From: an uncultured Chloroflexia bacterium
GTDB taxonomy: Bacteria > Chloroflexota > Anaerolineae > B4-G1 > SLSP01
Length of the DNA stretch: 64,000 bases
Reading direction: 5' to 3'
Assembly (NCBI GenBank): GCA_963751345.1
Contig: CAVVUS010000027.1
Location: forward strand, 64,001 to 128,000
The notes under the pieces are model-generated. The model was not told where the DNA came from, did no database searches, and was given only the letters and a program-made list of their open reading frames with translations. The translations under genes were made by a program, and so were the position numbers. Below are positions 36,770-48,123 of the stretch, one piece after another (the first letter of the stretch is position 1; the number at the start of each line of letters is the position of its first letter).

Positions 36770-37679
36770 TCAACCGAGCTGATGCCAACCCTCAGAATCG
36801 GCAAACCGGTCAAACCGCCGGTGAAGCTCTTCCACCGTTTCGGCGGGGATCGGCAGCCGCGATTCCACCCACTCAATATTCACCCGCATATGCTCGGCAC
36901 TGCGCGTCCCCACAATACACGTATCGACGGCCTCCTCGGCGAATGCAAATCCCAGCGCCAGCAGAATCCGCTCCTCCGGCGCGCCGTGCAACGGACCTGA
37001 TGCCCTCATCTTCTGCGCCCGCCCATAGTAGGCCGCGGCATAGCTGCTAGGAGCCGTCGAAGCGCCCCAGGCACCGTTGGCAATCGGCCGCTTCGCGATG
37101 ATCCCCATATCCTGATCCTTCGCGGGACCGAAGAGACTGGAGACGCGCATTCTGATCCACCAGGTTATAGCTCGTCTGGAGCGTGTCGAAGAGACCACTC
37201 TGCACGGCCCACAGCGCGGCCTCGTTGTCGCCGCTGTAGCCGATAAAACGTGTCTTGCCTGCCTGCTGCGCTTGCTGCAGCGCCTCGATCACCTCGCCCC
37301 GCTCCAGAGTCGCGACACCACAACTGTGAAGCTGGAGCAGGTCCAGATGGTCGGTGCGCATACGAACCAGGCTACGATCGATACTGTCGAGGATCGTCTG
37401 AGCCGTCCAATCCTCGCCCTGGTATCCGCCAGCACTATGTCCGGCCTTGGTAGCAAGCACGTAGTCGTCCCGCCGGTGGGCAATCGTCCGCCCAATCAGC
37501 TCTTCGCTGTTGCTATAGCACGCCGACGTGTCGAGGAACGTGACACCATTGTCGAGCGCCAGGTTCAGCACCTCCTCGGCCTGTTGGGCTTCCCCCAGAT
37601 CCAACCCACCGATCTCCGCGAGCCCCACGCCCAGGCGTGAGACCAGCAATCCCGTCTTGCCAAGCACACGTGTTTGCAT
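36770..37679 (-). CDS. Aldo/keto reductase, frameshifted
   Basis: LGKTGLLVSRLG, LDTSACY, LATK, LQLHS, IAKRPIAN. Confidence 0.85.
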
Positions 37680-37809
37680 GGTGATGCAGTCTCCTTTGGG
37701 TAGCGGAGAAGCTGTAAGCCAATAGCGATCAGCAGTCAGTCAACAGACAGGAGTAAGGAGTAGGCTGCGTAGCCCCTACTCCTCTACTCCTTACTGACCG
37801 CTGATAGCT

Positions 37810-38853
37810 CTATTCCGCCCCTGTGACCTCTGCCAGTAGCCCGAAGAACCCCCGCTTGCGCTCCGAGCTGATGCCCCAGTTCACGGGCACACTCTGATAG
37901 CCATCATCGTATCCTTCGCCGGCCATCCGATAGTCGAAGTAGCCCCAGCCTGCATACCGGTCGAGCGCGGCGAGCATATTGTTATCGTCCGCGTCGAAGT
38001 CGAAGTGATCGTCCTCGTTGAACAAAATGGGTTGTCCGCGATAGCCGGCTACCTGCCGGGTCACGTCCACCATCTCGCGGATGCGGTTAGGATCGGAGAC
38101 GCCGTTGCCATGCAGCAGCAGAAAGTCAGAGGCCTCGACCAGGTTGGTGGGTGGGATCACGTTGCCACAGAGGCTCGTGCTCACCAACAACCGGCCCGAC
38201 GACCTCGCCTGGACCAGGTGGATCAGCTCGTGGCAACGGTCCGCCTTGAGGATGGGGTGGTCGTACTGCCGGTTGTCCACCTCGTTGCCCACCTCAACCA
38301 GAACGTTGCGATAGCCTTTGTCCAGCAGCCAATCCGTCGCACTCTCCGTGGCCCGGACGACGCTCTGCTCGCTTTCAAGTCGCTGATCCTGACCGAAGTA
38401 GAAGTACCCGACGATCGGGGCCATGCCCAGCCGGTCGGCCTCATCGAGGATGCGTGCCAGCCGATCCATATAGGCCCCGCGCAGCTCGCCTGTTGGCGTG
38501 AAGGCCGAGTTGTGCCACGGCTGGTGCCGGCTGTATCCCTGCGGGCTGCCGCCCTGCAGGTTGATGGTGAAGCTCAAGAGGCCCGCCGCGCGCCACGCCG
38601 GCATCGCAGCGACGAACTCGTCGGTATTTCGGTCGGGGTCCCAGGGCCCGGACCCGTTGGTCGCCTCCGGAGGATAGGCCCATAGGCTCCGCGTCTCAGG
38701 ATTGAGATCGTCAAAGATGCCCTGCACCATCCGCGAATTGAGGAGCAGTCCCTCAATCTTCTTGCCCCGGTACCAACGCCCGGCATACGTGGGCGCGCCG
38801 TCGATCAGAAACGCGTCGCCGTCGATGGCGACCGTCGTCTTCCACTCCGCCAT
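37810..38853 (-). CDS. Hypothetical TIM-barrel protein, putative glycoside hydrolase
   Basis: LNSRMVQGIFDD, NLQGGSPQGY, EVGNE, FNEDDH: clan-A-like NE/E pattern. Confidence 0.55.
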   Translation of the reverse strand: MAEWKTTVAIDGDAFLIDGAPTYAGRWYRGKKIEGLLLNSRMVQGIFDDLNPETRSLWAYPPEATNGSGPWDPDRNTDEFVAAMPAWRAAGLLSFTINLQGGSPQGYSRHQPWHNSAFTPTGELRGAYMDRLARILDEADRLGMAPIVGYFYFGQDQRLESEQSVVRATESATDWLLDKGYRNVLVEVGNEVDNRQYDHPILKADRCHELIHLVQARSSGRLLVSTSLCGNVIPPTNLVEASDFLLLHGNGVSDPNRIREMVDVTRQVAGYRGQPILFNEDDHFDFDADDNNMLAALDRYAGWGYFDYRMAGEGYDDGYQSVPVNWGISSERKRGFFGLLAEVTGAE

Positions 38854-38877
38854 ATCAATCTCCTTGGGAACCCAAAG

Positions 38878-39029
38878 AACGTTGACACGTTAGCACGTGT
38901 CAACAGCTTGTCCTACCGCAGTTCGGTAGGACTTGCCCTACCGCAGTTCGGTAGGACTTGCCCTGAGTATGTCTCAGGGTTCAGACATGCTGACGTGCCA
39001 ACAGCCTGCCCTGAGCGCAGCGTAGGGTG
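38878..39029. repeat. Intergenic composite: octamer array with CTTGCCCT-headed hairpin modules
   Basis: CTTG(T/C)CCTACCGCAGTTCGGTAGGA x2, CTTGCCCTGAGTATGTCTCAGGG, CCTGCCCTGAGCGCAGCGTAGGG. Confidence 0.85.
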
Positions 39030-40342
39030 TCAACGCTGACGGTACGCTTGTGGAACGTAGGGAGCTAGCTGCTGCGCAGCAAAGACTTGGTCGAGCCGCG
39101 CGAAACGCTGCCGTCCGTCCACCAACGGGATCGAAGGCCAGCCGTCACCGATCAAGGGGCGCGCATAGCGAACAAAGTCGTCGGTGACGTCCGTGCGTGA
39201 TGGCGCGATCCACTTGTCGGGGAAGGTGCGCTCCGAGTTCGCTACGAGTTCCAGTCCCACCTTGTCGTATCGGACGCTGTAGATCTCGCCCGGCTCGCGC
39301 AAGATCGTGGACATATACCCCGACCCGTCCTCGACGGCAATCTGAACGGCCTTCCAGCCGACGCGGTAGGCCTCCTCCAGGTCGATCGTGGAAGCATAGA
39401 TGATGTTGTGGCGCTGATCCGTGCCGGGCACGTTGCCCCGCGCCGAGCCGCGGGCTGCCAGCCCGGCCTCGTTGAGGTAGTTGACCACGATCTGCTCCAC
39501 GGTCATCTCGCTGGACGAGAACATTGTGTGGCCGAACGAGTCCTTGCGCTCGCCGATATCGCCAACGTCGAATCCCTCGCTGACCACCACTACGGCGCGA
39601 CCGCGCACCTTCAGCAGATCGTTGACGGCATCCGTCAGCGCCGGCAGGTCGAGGTTGGACTCCCGAAGGAAGATCAGCAGCGGCATCTCCCGGTGCGGAT
39701 CGGCAAGCCGGGCAGCCGCGGGGATAAAGCCGATCTTGCGCCCCATCGCCTGGATCACCAGCACCGGATCCGAGGGTGACGAGCCCGCGTTCTCCTGATC
39801 TGCGTTCTGGATGTTCAGTGCCCAGTACCGGGCCACGCTCCCATAGCCGGGCGTATGGTCGATGATCTGGAAGGCACCGCCGTCTGAGTGCGCTGTCCCC
39901 CGACATCGTTGTCGATGGTCTTGGGTACGCCCGTGGCCACCAGGTCCAGCCCGCGCGCCTTCGCCAACTGCGCGACCTTGTGCGCGGTATCCATCGAGTC
40001 GTTGCCACCGTTGTAGAAGAAGTAGCCGACGTCGTGGGCCCTGAGCACCTCGATGATGCGCTCGAAGTCCTCGGTCTGATTCGCCTTCAGCTTGTAGCGA
40101 CACGTCCCGATGGCACCGGCGGCAGGCGTTGTGCTGAGCAGGGCAATCTCCTCGTCGCGCTGGGCGGAAAGATCGAGGAGATCCTCCGTCAACACCCCCT
40201 CGACGCCATGGAACCCCGCATACACCGTGCCGAACGTGTCGGGATAGGCCTTGCAGGCCTCCAGCACGCCGCGCAGTGACGCGTTGATCACCGGCGTAGG
40301 ACCGCCGGACTGGGCGACGATGACGTTCCTGGGTTTCGGCAT
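39030..40342 (-). CDS. PPi-dependent phosphofructokinase-family kinase, frameshifted
   Basis: QSGGPTPVIN, GGNDS, PKTIDND (PPi signature), MGRKIG, VSEG. Confidence 0.85.
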
Positions 40343-40437
40343 AGGTTGCTCCTTTAGCTCCAACCAATTGGGTGGTGTGCCGGTCAGAGTGACCTGGACC
40401 GCCCAACCACCGCATATGCAGATGGCCTCGGGACTTG

Positions 40438-41919
40438 CTAGGCCTCCCCCGGCGGGACCTCCATATCCTCCCACACGGTATGGAACGAGCCGTCCTTGTC
40501 TACCCGCCGGTAGGTATGCGCGCCGAAGTAGTCGCGCTGGGCCTGGGTAAGGTTCGCGGGCAGACGCGCGCTCCGGTAAGCGTCAAAGTAAGCCAGGGCC
40601 GAAGAGAGTGCCGGCACAGGGATGCCGTTGGCGATGGCGTAGGCCAGGACCTTGCGCAGGGCGTCCTGGCGCGAGACGACCGCCTGCCCCAACGCCTCGT
40701 CCATCAGCAAGTTGTCGAGATCCGGGTTAGCGGCAAAGGCAGCCCGGATGTCTTCCAGGAGCGTCGCCCGGATGATGCACCCGCCGCGCCAGATCTTGGC
40801 GATGTCGCCGAAGTTGAGATCGTAGTCATACTCGGCACTTGCCGTCCGGAGTAGCGTGAAACCCTGGGCGTAGGAACAGATCTTGGCGACGTAGAGCGCA
40901 TCCTCCAGCAGGTCGATGAACTCCTTCGCGTCCCCGTCGAATGCCGGCGTGGGCCCTGAGAGCGCCTCGGACGCCGCGACACGCTCGTCCTTGTACGCAG
41001 AGATGATGCGGGCCTCCACCGCGGCGTTGATGGTCGGCGTCGGCGCGCCGACATCCAACGCGTCCTGCGACGCCCACTTCCCGGTGCCCTTCTGCTTTGC
41101 CTCATCCAGAATCAGATTGACCAGGGGTTTGCCCGTCTCGTCATCGATCTTGGCGAAGATGTCCGCGGTGATCTCGATGAGATACGACGCCAGCTCGCCC
41201 TCGTTCCACTTGGCGAAGATCCGGTGGAGCTTCTTGGCCTTCAGACCCAGCCCGCGGCGCAGGATATCGTAGGCTTCACCAATCAACTGCATGTCGCCGT
41301 ACTCGATCCCATTGTGAACCATCTTGACGTAGTGGCCCGCCCCGCGGGGACCGATATAGGTGACGCATGGCTCACCGTCAACCTTGGCGGCGATGGCCTC
41401 CAGCACCGGGCGCATCCGCTCCCACGCCTCGCGCTGCCCGCCGGGCATAATCGACGGGCCCCATAGCGCGCCATACTCTCCACCGCTCACGCCGGTGCCG
41501 ATATAGCGGATCCCCATCTCCTCCAGTTGCTTGGTGCGCCGCTCGGTGTCGGTGAAGTGGGAGTTCCCGCCATCGACGAGCAGGTCATCTGGATCAAGAA
41601 GCCCCTTGATGTCGCCGATGACCGCGTCGACGGGCTTGCCGGCGGGCACCATCATCATAATGCGCCGCGGCTTCTCCAAGAGGTTCACAAAGGTCGCCAG
41701 ATCGTTCGCCCCGAACAGATTGCGGTGCGTCCCATCGCCCTTCTCCGCATGGCCCTCGAAGGCCGAGACCTTCTCCGCGTCCAGGTCATAGCCCGCGACA
41801 CGGAATCCATTGCGCTCCATATTGAGCGCCAACATCTGCCCCATCACGCCAAGCCCGATGAGGCCAATATCCGCCGTCTGAGGTGCCTCCACCGTCCCAG
41901 GTGCATCCGCCTTATTCAT
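40438..41919 (-). CDS. gnd: NADP-dependent 6-phosphogluconate dehydrogenase
   Basis: IGLIGLGVMG, DGGNS, VKMVHNGIEYGDMQ, QKGTGKW, QAQRDYFGAH. Confidence 0.97.
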   Translation of the reverse strand: MNKADAPGTVEAPQTADIGLIGLGVMGQMLALNMERNGFRVAGYDLDAEKVSAFEGHAEKGDGTHRNLFGANDLATFVNLLEKPRRIMMMVPAGKPVDAVIGDIKGLLDPDDLLVDGGNSHFTDTERRTKQLEEMGIRYIGTGVSGGEYGALWGPSIMPGGQREAWERMRPVLEAIAAKVDGEPCVTYIGPRGAGHYVKMVHNGIEYGDMQLIGEAYDILRRGLGLKAKKLHRIFAKWNEGELASYLIEITADIFAKIDDETGKPLVNLILDEAKQKGTGKWASQDALDVGAPTPTINAAVEARIISAYKDERVAASEALSGPTPAFDGDAKEFIDLLEDALYVAKICSYAQGFTLLRTASAEYDYDLNFGDIAKIWRGGCIIRATLLEDIRAAFAANPDLDNLLMDEALGQAVVSRQDALRKVLAYAIANGIPVPALSSALAYFDAYRSARLPANLTQAQRDYFGAHTYRRVDKDGSFHTVWEDMEVPPGEA

Positions 41920-41948
41920 GGTACCCTCCTTCACGTACGAAACTGACT

Positions 41949-43139
41949 TCAGTTGAACGATGCCGCCATATCGATTCCGCCAACGCCGAGATTGCCAGGC
42001 CGCGTCGTCTGACACCTCTTTCGTGAATGTGGAGCCTGCGATCAGCCCCTTTAGCTCGGCCTCGTACGCAGCGCCGTCCAGCGGCAGATCGATGGGCCGA
42101 CCCTTCAGCGACGAATAGAGCATCGTGTTCGCCAGCTCCACCGAGTGGATGCCCTCCTCTGCGGGCGCGATCAGCGGCTCTGCCGTACAGAATCGCATCC
42201 GCGAAGTTCTCCAGGATCGCGGCGTGCTGACCGCCGTGTCCGTTATACGGGATCTCGACGTTCCAGACCGGTGGACGGGCGAACGATGCCTTCGAGGTCC
42301 TGCAGGAACTCGGTCGCAAGGACCTCGTTGCGCGTATACGCGATTCGGTCTCCCTCCATCACCAGCTTCCCCTGATCCCCGGCAATCTCCAGCCGGTTGG
42401 TCCCCGGAGCCTCACCGGTCGAGGTCACGAAGAGGCCGGTGCACCCATCGGGATAGACCATGTAGGCCGTGACCTCGTCCTCGACCTCGATGGTGTGACG
42501 CTTGCCGATATCGCAGAATCCCCGGATCTGCAACGGCATGCCCACGATCCACTGGAGCAGATCGAGATTATGAGGGCACTGGTTCAGCAGCACACCGCCA
42601 CCCTCGCCGGCCCACGTGGCCCGCCAGCCGCCGGAATCGTAGTAAGCCTGCGTGCGAAACCAGTTGGTGATGATCCAGTTGACACGGACCAGCTTGCCCA
42701 GCTCGCCCGACTTCACGAGATGGCGGACCTTCTGATAGGCGGGGTCCGTCCGCTGATTGAACATCGCAGAGAAGACCAGATCTTTGTCGGTGTGTGCCGC
42801 GATGAGACGCTCACAGTCGGCCTTATGCACCGAGATCGGCTTCTCCACGATGACGTGGTAGCCGGCTTGGAGCGCGGCGATGCCGATCGTCGTGTGGAAA
42901 TAGTGGGGCGTCGCAACGATGACCGCGTCGCAGACCTTGTCGGCGAGAAGCTTGTCGGAATCGAAGTACGCCTTCACATCACGTCCGGCTGCGGACGCCC
43001 GTCCGGCGGCCGCTTTGGCTTTCTCCGGCACGATGTCGCACACCGCGGTCAACTCGACCTTCGGCTCCTTTTCGATATTGCCCAGGTGCAACGTCCCGAT
43101 GTTCCCGATGCCGATGACTGCAATCCGAACCTTGTCCAC
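41949..43139 (-). CDS. Gfo/Idh/MocA oxidoreductase, several frameshifts
   Basis: IGIGNIG, VEKPI, WRATWAGEGGGVLLNQCPH. Confidence 0.87.
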
Positions 43140-43240
43140 GTAGATCCTCCTGCGAGTTGGAATGGTCGCTGGTTGAAGATATCCCGCTGCCGGCTGACGA
43201 TTGGCGGGTGACCTGAAGGTGTCCGGTCAATCGTCACTCG

Positions 43241-44503
43241 TCATTCATCGCCCTTTAGCCTATACAGCAACTCCCCTGCCCTCGGGATGAACAAGATGCC
43301 CTCGTCCTCCCGGTCGCGCCATGCATCAAAATCGACTTCGGCGGGGTCCAGATAACCCAGACCGACCTGTTCACAGCGCTCCTTGGAAATCCCGGTGGCT
43401 AAGGTGACCTTGACTCGCGGGCGCTCGACACCGGTGTCAGGGTCGTACTCCCCCACCCCGCGGAGATGCGTCGAGTGTGCCAGAACGCCCCACGGCTCGC
43501 CCTTGAAGCGATCCCATTGTTTGACGAAGTAGTCGCGGACGTGGTAGCCAACCCGACCCAAGACCTCGCCGTGGGTGTAGGAGATCTCGTCGATGTGCGG
43601 CGCGTAGATGATCACCTCGCCGCCATCGGCGATGACGGGCTCGACCTTGTACATCCCCTTGGCTGCCGTCCAGATGTCATCGTACAGTTCGGGCATCACG
43701 GAGAGCACTCTCTTGAACGGGTGGTCCACGTAACGTATATGCAGCTTCGATGACAGGGAAACGGCATCCAGCCACGCCTCTTTGTAGTCGCCAAAGTAGA
43801 GCCCCGCCATGCCGTGGTGGGTCACGACCATATTGCAGAAGAGCTTGGGCGTACCGACGAAGGCGACCGCCCGGTCGATCACATTGCGCACCGGCGTATC
43901 GCGATGGCCGATGACGTGCATACTGGTGATGAGCGCGCCCAGCCAATGGGTGAAGTTGATCACCTCCGGCCCCGAGACCCCGGGGAAGAAATACTTGGTC
44001 CCCCCGGAGAACCCCACCACCTCGTGGGGAAAGACCGGGCCGCACACGATGACCTGATCGGTGTCCAGCACCCGGTTGTTCACGGTGACCGGCACGTCCA
44101 TCGACAGCATCCCGTCGGTGATCTCCTCAATCTCCGCACGTGGGATCACGCCGGCGATGGTGAAGGTCGCGGGATCATCCCATTGGTGATTGTAGATGCC
44201 AACGGCTTTGTAGGTTGTCATGCGTTCCTCGGCCGTGATACCCACCAGCCGATTGAGCGCATCCTCGCTCATGAGGGGATGAGTCCCCAACGCCACGAGG
44301 AAATCGAGCTTTGCGGCGCGCCCTCGCAGCAACTCGGTGAACAGGCGGAACATCAGTGGAATGGGCGCCGTCCGCGTGCTATCGGGGATGATCACCACCA
44401 CCCGCTCCCCATCGATCCGGGCTTGCCCCAGCCCCTTGAACAGGATCTTCCGCACTTCGTCTTCGCTCAAATAGCGATCTGTGTATCCTTCGCCGATCTT
44501 CAT
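43241..44503 (-). CDS. LarA-family nickel-pincer racemase/2-epimerase
   Basis: IPDSTRT, ALGTH, PHEVVGFSGGTKYFFPG. Confidence 0.88.
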   Translation of the reverse strand: MKIGEGYTDRYLSEDEVRKILFKGLGQARIDGERVVVIIPDSTRTAPIPLMFRLFTELLRGRAAKLDFLVALGTHPLMSEDALNRLVGITAEERMTTYKAVGIYNHQWDDPATFTIAGVIPRAEIEEITDGMLSMDVPVTVNNRVLDTDQVIVCGPVFPHEVVGFSGGTKYFFPGVSGPEVINFTHWLGALITSMHVIGHRDTPVRNVIDRAVAFVGTPKLFCNMVVTHHGMAGLYFGDYKEAWLDAVSLSSKLHIRYVDHPFKRVLSVMPELYDDIWTAAKGMYKVEPVIADGGEVIIYAPHIDEISYTHGEVLGRVGYHVRDYFVKQWDRFKGEPWGVLAHSTHLRGVGEYDPDTGVERPRVKVTLATGISKERCEQVGLGYLDPAEVDFDAWRDREDEGILFIPRAGELLYRLKGDE

Positions 44504-44565
44504 AGTTAGCCTCACTTATCGATCAACGACGTGACGGGTGACGATCCGGCGTCTGTCCAGACCCC

Positions 44566-45855
44566 TCACTTCCTCACGTGCATCTCCCCGTACACCACCC
44601 ACTTATACGTCGTCAGTTCCTTCAGACCCATCGGGCCCCGCGCGTGGAGTTTCTGGGTGCTGACCGCGACCTCGGCGCCGAGGCCGAACTCACCGCCGTC
44701 ATTGAAGCGCGTGCTGGCATTGACGAAGACGGCCGCAGAATCGATCTCGTTCACGAAGCGTGTCACGTGGTGCCAGTCGTTGGAGAGGATACCGTCGGAG
44801 TGGAAGGTACTATGCTCCTGGATGTGCGCGATGGCTTCATCGAGATCGTCCACCACTTTGACGCCAAGGACGAGCGACAGCCACTCCTGGTCAAAATCCT
44901 CCGGGCCTGCCTCCCGCACGACAGTGTCGTTGTTACCTGACAGGATATGCCACGCCTCACCTGCCGCCCTTAGCTCCACGCCGTCATGTCCCAATCGTGC
45001 GGCGACCCAGGGCAAAAACGAGGCAGCAATGTCCTTGTGAACCAACAGCGTGTCCAGCGCGTTGCAGACGCTCGGTCGCTGCACCTTGGCATTCTGAATG
45101 ACATTCAGCGCCCCCTCCATATCCGCGGAAGGTTCAACATAGAGGTGGCAAATCCCGAGGCCCCCGGTGATCACCGGAATGGTGCTCTGCTCGCGACAGA
45201 GCCGGTGAAGGCCTGCTCCACCGCGGGGAATGATCATGTCGACGTAGGCATCCAGCTTCAGCAGCGCGGTGACCAGTGTCCGGTCCGGGTTCGAAATATA
45301 CTGAACCGCATCGGAAGGCACGGAGGCCTTGGCCAGCGCATCCTGGATGACCTTGGCCAAGGAGAGATTGGAGCGCAGCGTCTCGCTGCCCCCTCTCAGG
45401 ATGACGGCGTTGCCGGTCTTCAGCGAGAGCGCCGCAATATCGACCGTCACGTTGGGGCGAGCCTCATAGATGACACCCAGGACGCCAATCGGCGTGCGAC
45501 GCTGCTGGATCTGGAGCCCGTTGGGCAGCACGCGGCCTTCGATCACCTCCCCCACAGGGTCGGGCAGCGAAACCACATCCCGGGTCCCTTCAGCTAGCTT
45601 CTCCACACGTGCATGGGTCAGCAACAGGCGGTCCAGGAGCGCATCACTGAGTCCCTTGGCGCGGGCAGCCTCAACGTCAAGTGCGTTCTGGGCCAATACG
45701 GTCTCGGATTGCGCCTCGATCTCGTCGGCAATCATCATGAGCGCCGCGTTCTTCTCGTCCGTGGTCAACGTCGCCAGGTGCCGGGATGCTGTCCTGGCCC
45801 GCCGCCCCATATCGACCAGATCCACCTTCATCTCCGCCATCGCTCTTTGGTTCAC
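44566..45855 (-). CDS. proA: Gamma-glutamyl phosphate reductase
   Basis: [43 protein letters not shown]. Confidence 0.96.
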   Translation of the reverse strand: MNQRAMAEMKVDLVDMGRRARTASRHLATLTTDEKNAALMMIADEIEAQSETVLAQNALDVEAARAKGLSDALLDRLLLTHARVEKLAEGTRDVVSLPDPVGEVIEGRVLPNGLQIQQRRTPIGVLGVIYEARPNVTVDIAALSLKTGNAVILRGGSETLRSNLSLAKVIQDALAKASVPSDAVQYISNPDRTLVTALLKLDAYVDMIIPRGGAGLHRLCREQSTIPVITGGLGICHLYVEPSADMEGALNVIQNAKVQRPSVCNALDTLLVHKDIAASFLPWVAARLGHDGVELRAAGEAWHILSGNNDTVVREAGPEDFDQEWLSLVLGVKVVDDLDEAIAHIQEHSTFHSDGILSNDWHHVTRFVNEIDSAAVFVNASTRFNDGGEFGLGAEVAVSTQKLHARGPMGLKELTTYKWVVYGEMHVRK

Positions 45856-45897
45856 TACTACTCCTCCGTCGTGAGACCTTTGGGGGTTCTAGTCCCC

Positions 45898-47191
45898 CTA
45901 CAACAGGATCAAGTCGTTGCGGTGTATGGCAACCGCACCATACGTATACCCCAGCTCGTCGGCGATCTTATCCGAGTGGCTTCCCTTGATGCGCTCAAGA
46001 TCATCACTTGGATAGCGTGCGACCCCGCGTGCTATCTCACGGCCCATCCCCGCAGCAACGGGGCGCTCGCCGGTCTGCTGGCGCCGCCAGCAGCTGGCGG
46101 CCCGATCCGCGCACTCCCGTCTGCAGTATACCACCGGAAGCCCCCCTATGACCTTCACCGCCTTCCTCGAACACCGAGACCGTATCCCCTCGATCGAACG
46201 ACCCATCCACCGCCACGATACCTGCCGGTAGCAAACTGCGCCCCTCGTAGAGCAGGGCTTGGGCCGCCCCGTGATCGACGACGATGTGTCCGGTATTCAC
46301 AGCTCCTGCCAGAATCCAGCGTTTCCGGTTCTCGGGTGGCGTGTCGAGCGCCAGGAAACGTGTGCCCAACGACTCGCCTGCGGCGATGCGCGAAAGCACG
46401 TTAGGTTCACCTCCATCAGCGATGACCACCTCGGTCCCGGCGCGACGGGCGACGGTCGCGGCCTCAAGCTTCGTTACCATCCCCCCGACACCCAACCCCG
46501 TCTTGCTGTCGCCGGCGAGCGCGCGCAGATTCCCATCGATCACGCGAACCTCACTGATGAGCTCAGCTTCAGGGTCTCGCCGCGGGTCAGCGGTGAACAA
46601 GCCTTGTTGGTCCGTCAACAAGATCAGCAGGTCCGCATCGGCCAGCACGGCAACGAGCGCGGAGAGGTTATCGTTGTCACCGATCTTGATCTCCTCGGTC
46701 GCGACCGCGTCGTTCTCGTTGATGATGGGGATGATCTTGTGCTCGATGAGCGTCTGCAGGGCATCCTGTGCGTTAAGAAAGCGGCCGCGGCTGGCCACGT
46801 CGCCCTGCGTCAGCAGAAGCTGTCCGACGTTGAGACCATAGATCTCGAAGAAACGTTCCCACATCAACATCAGCCGGCTCTGTCCCACCGCAGCCAGCAT
46901 CTGCTTTGTGGCCACCGACGCCGTCTGAGCGCGCTGAGGCGCATCCGCCGTCTGAGGCGCAGATGCCGTCCCAGGCGCGGACGCCGTCCCAGGCGCGCCC
47001 GCAACCCCCAACCGCTCGCGACCGGCAGCTATCGCTCCCGAGCTGCACAGGACCACCTCGTGCCCTTCCTGCTGCAGGCTCGCACATTGTCGGGCCAGAT
47101 CCACCATGCGCGGCGGGCTGAGCCGATGGGTACCATCGGTCAGCACGCTCGTGCCCACTTTCACAACGATCCGTTTGTACTGTAATGCCAC
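45898..47191 (-). CDS. proB: Glutamate 5-kinase with PUA domain, C-terminal frameshift
   Basis: [51 protein letters not shown]. Confidence 0.95.
46916..46996 (-). repeat. Four family A units (one internally duplicated) in proB
   Basis: [27 protein letters not shown], 81 bp. Confidence 0.92.
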
Positions 47192-47196
47192 TTAGG

Positions 47197-48096
47197 CTAT
47201 CGCTTCCACGGTGGCGTCTCGGGCAGCATCGCCTCAAACTCCTCAATCAACTCCGCCTCATACGATCCGGCGTATTCCTCGGCCAGGAACTTGTGGACAG
47301 CTTCCTCATAGAAGCGCTGCCATGAGGCCTCTTCGTCACCGGGGTTGACTGGGTAGAAGAGCGCATTGTTCGCCTTCGCGGCCTTCATGTCGCCCGGCGC
47401 ATCGCCGACCATCAGCACGTGCGTCGGATCGTACTTGCCCGTGGCCGCCAACTCGAGGTGGAGCTGCTTCTTGCCCATCTCCTGCCCTGCGATCACCTCC
47501 ACGTACTGGGCGATGTCATGCTCCAACCACTCCCGCCGCAGCGCCTCGACCGGGGTAGCGGAGACGACGATCATATCCGCCTGACCTGAGAGCAGTTGCA
47601 GGCTCTCGCGGACATAGGGAAACGGCGGCACGCCGTGGACCATATCGGCGACCGTGGCGTTGACCGCGCAAGTCCATTCCCACGCCCTGTCCAACTCGGG
47701 ATCGGGGTACCTGCCCATGTAGCCCGCCAGGCCGTCGTTGCTCTTGGGCCACGCATCATCGGCGATGAAAGCACGGATTCGCTCCGCCCTCGGCGGCTCG
47801 ACGTGGCGGGCCTGGACCTCAGGGCGTTCGCGCAGCAGGTCGAAGACCATCACCAGCGCGGGCCACCGGTTGATCCCGCGCCACTTGGAATAGAGGTTGA
47901 CGAACTCCGAGGCCTCGCGCGCATACTTGGAGACAGCCTGGAGATCCCAGTACTTGATGATGTTGGGCGTGAAGCACTCCTTGTGCTTGATCTCCATCGT
48001 ATCAAAGGCGCAGCCATCGGAATCGATCCCAACAAAGAACGCCTGGCTTGGCTGCATCTCCGCCAGCGGCCGAGCAGGCTCAGGATAGGTCACCAT
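47197..48096 (-). CDS. HAD-family hydrolase in the uronate cluster
   Basis: IDSDGCAFDTM, VVSATP, MVGDAPGD. Confidence 0.82.
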   Translation of the reverse strand: MVTYPEPARPLAEMQPSQAFFVGIDSDGCAFDTMEIKHKECFTPNIIKYWDLQAVSKYAREASEFVNLYSKWRGINRWPALVMVFDLLRERPEVQARHVEPPRAERIRAFIADDAWPKSNDGLAGYMGRYPDPELDRAWEWTCAVNATVADMVHGVPPFPYVRESLQLLSGQADMIVVSATPVEALRREWLEHDIAQYVEVIAGQEMGKKQLHLELAATGKYDPTHVLMVGDAPGDMKAAKANNALFYPVNPGDEEASWQRFYEEAVHKFLAEEYAGSYEAELIEEFEAMLPETPPWKR

Positions 48097-48123
48097 AAGT
48101 TGGTCTCCTTGAGAATAACGCTT

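Noticed and set aside
38907-38980. Mini-CRISPR
   Set aside because: Adjacent 25-bp hairpin units without unique spacers.
40438-42198. 586-aa extended Gnd
   Set aside because: The N-terminal part is the frameshifted tail of the upstream oxidoreductase; the real start is ATG 41919 after GGAGG.
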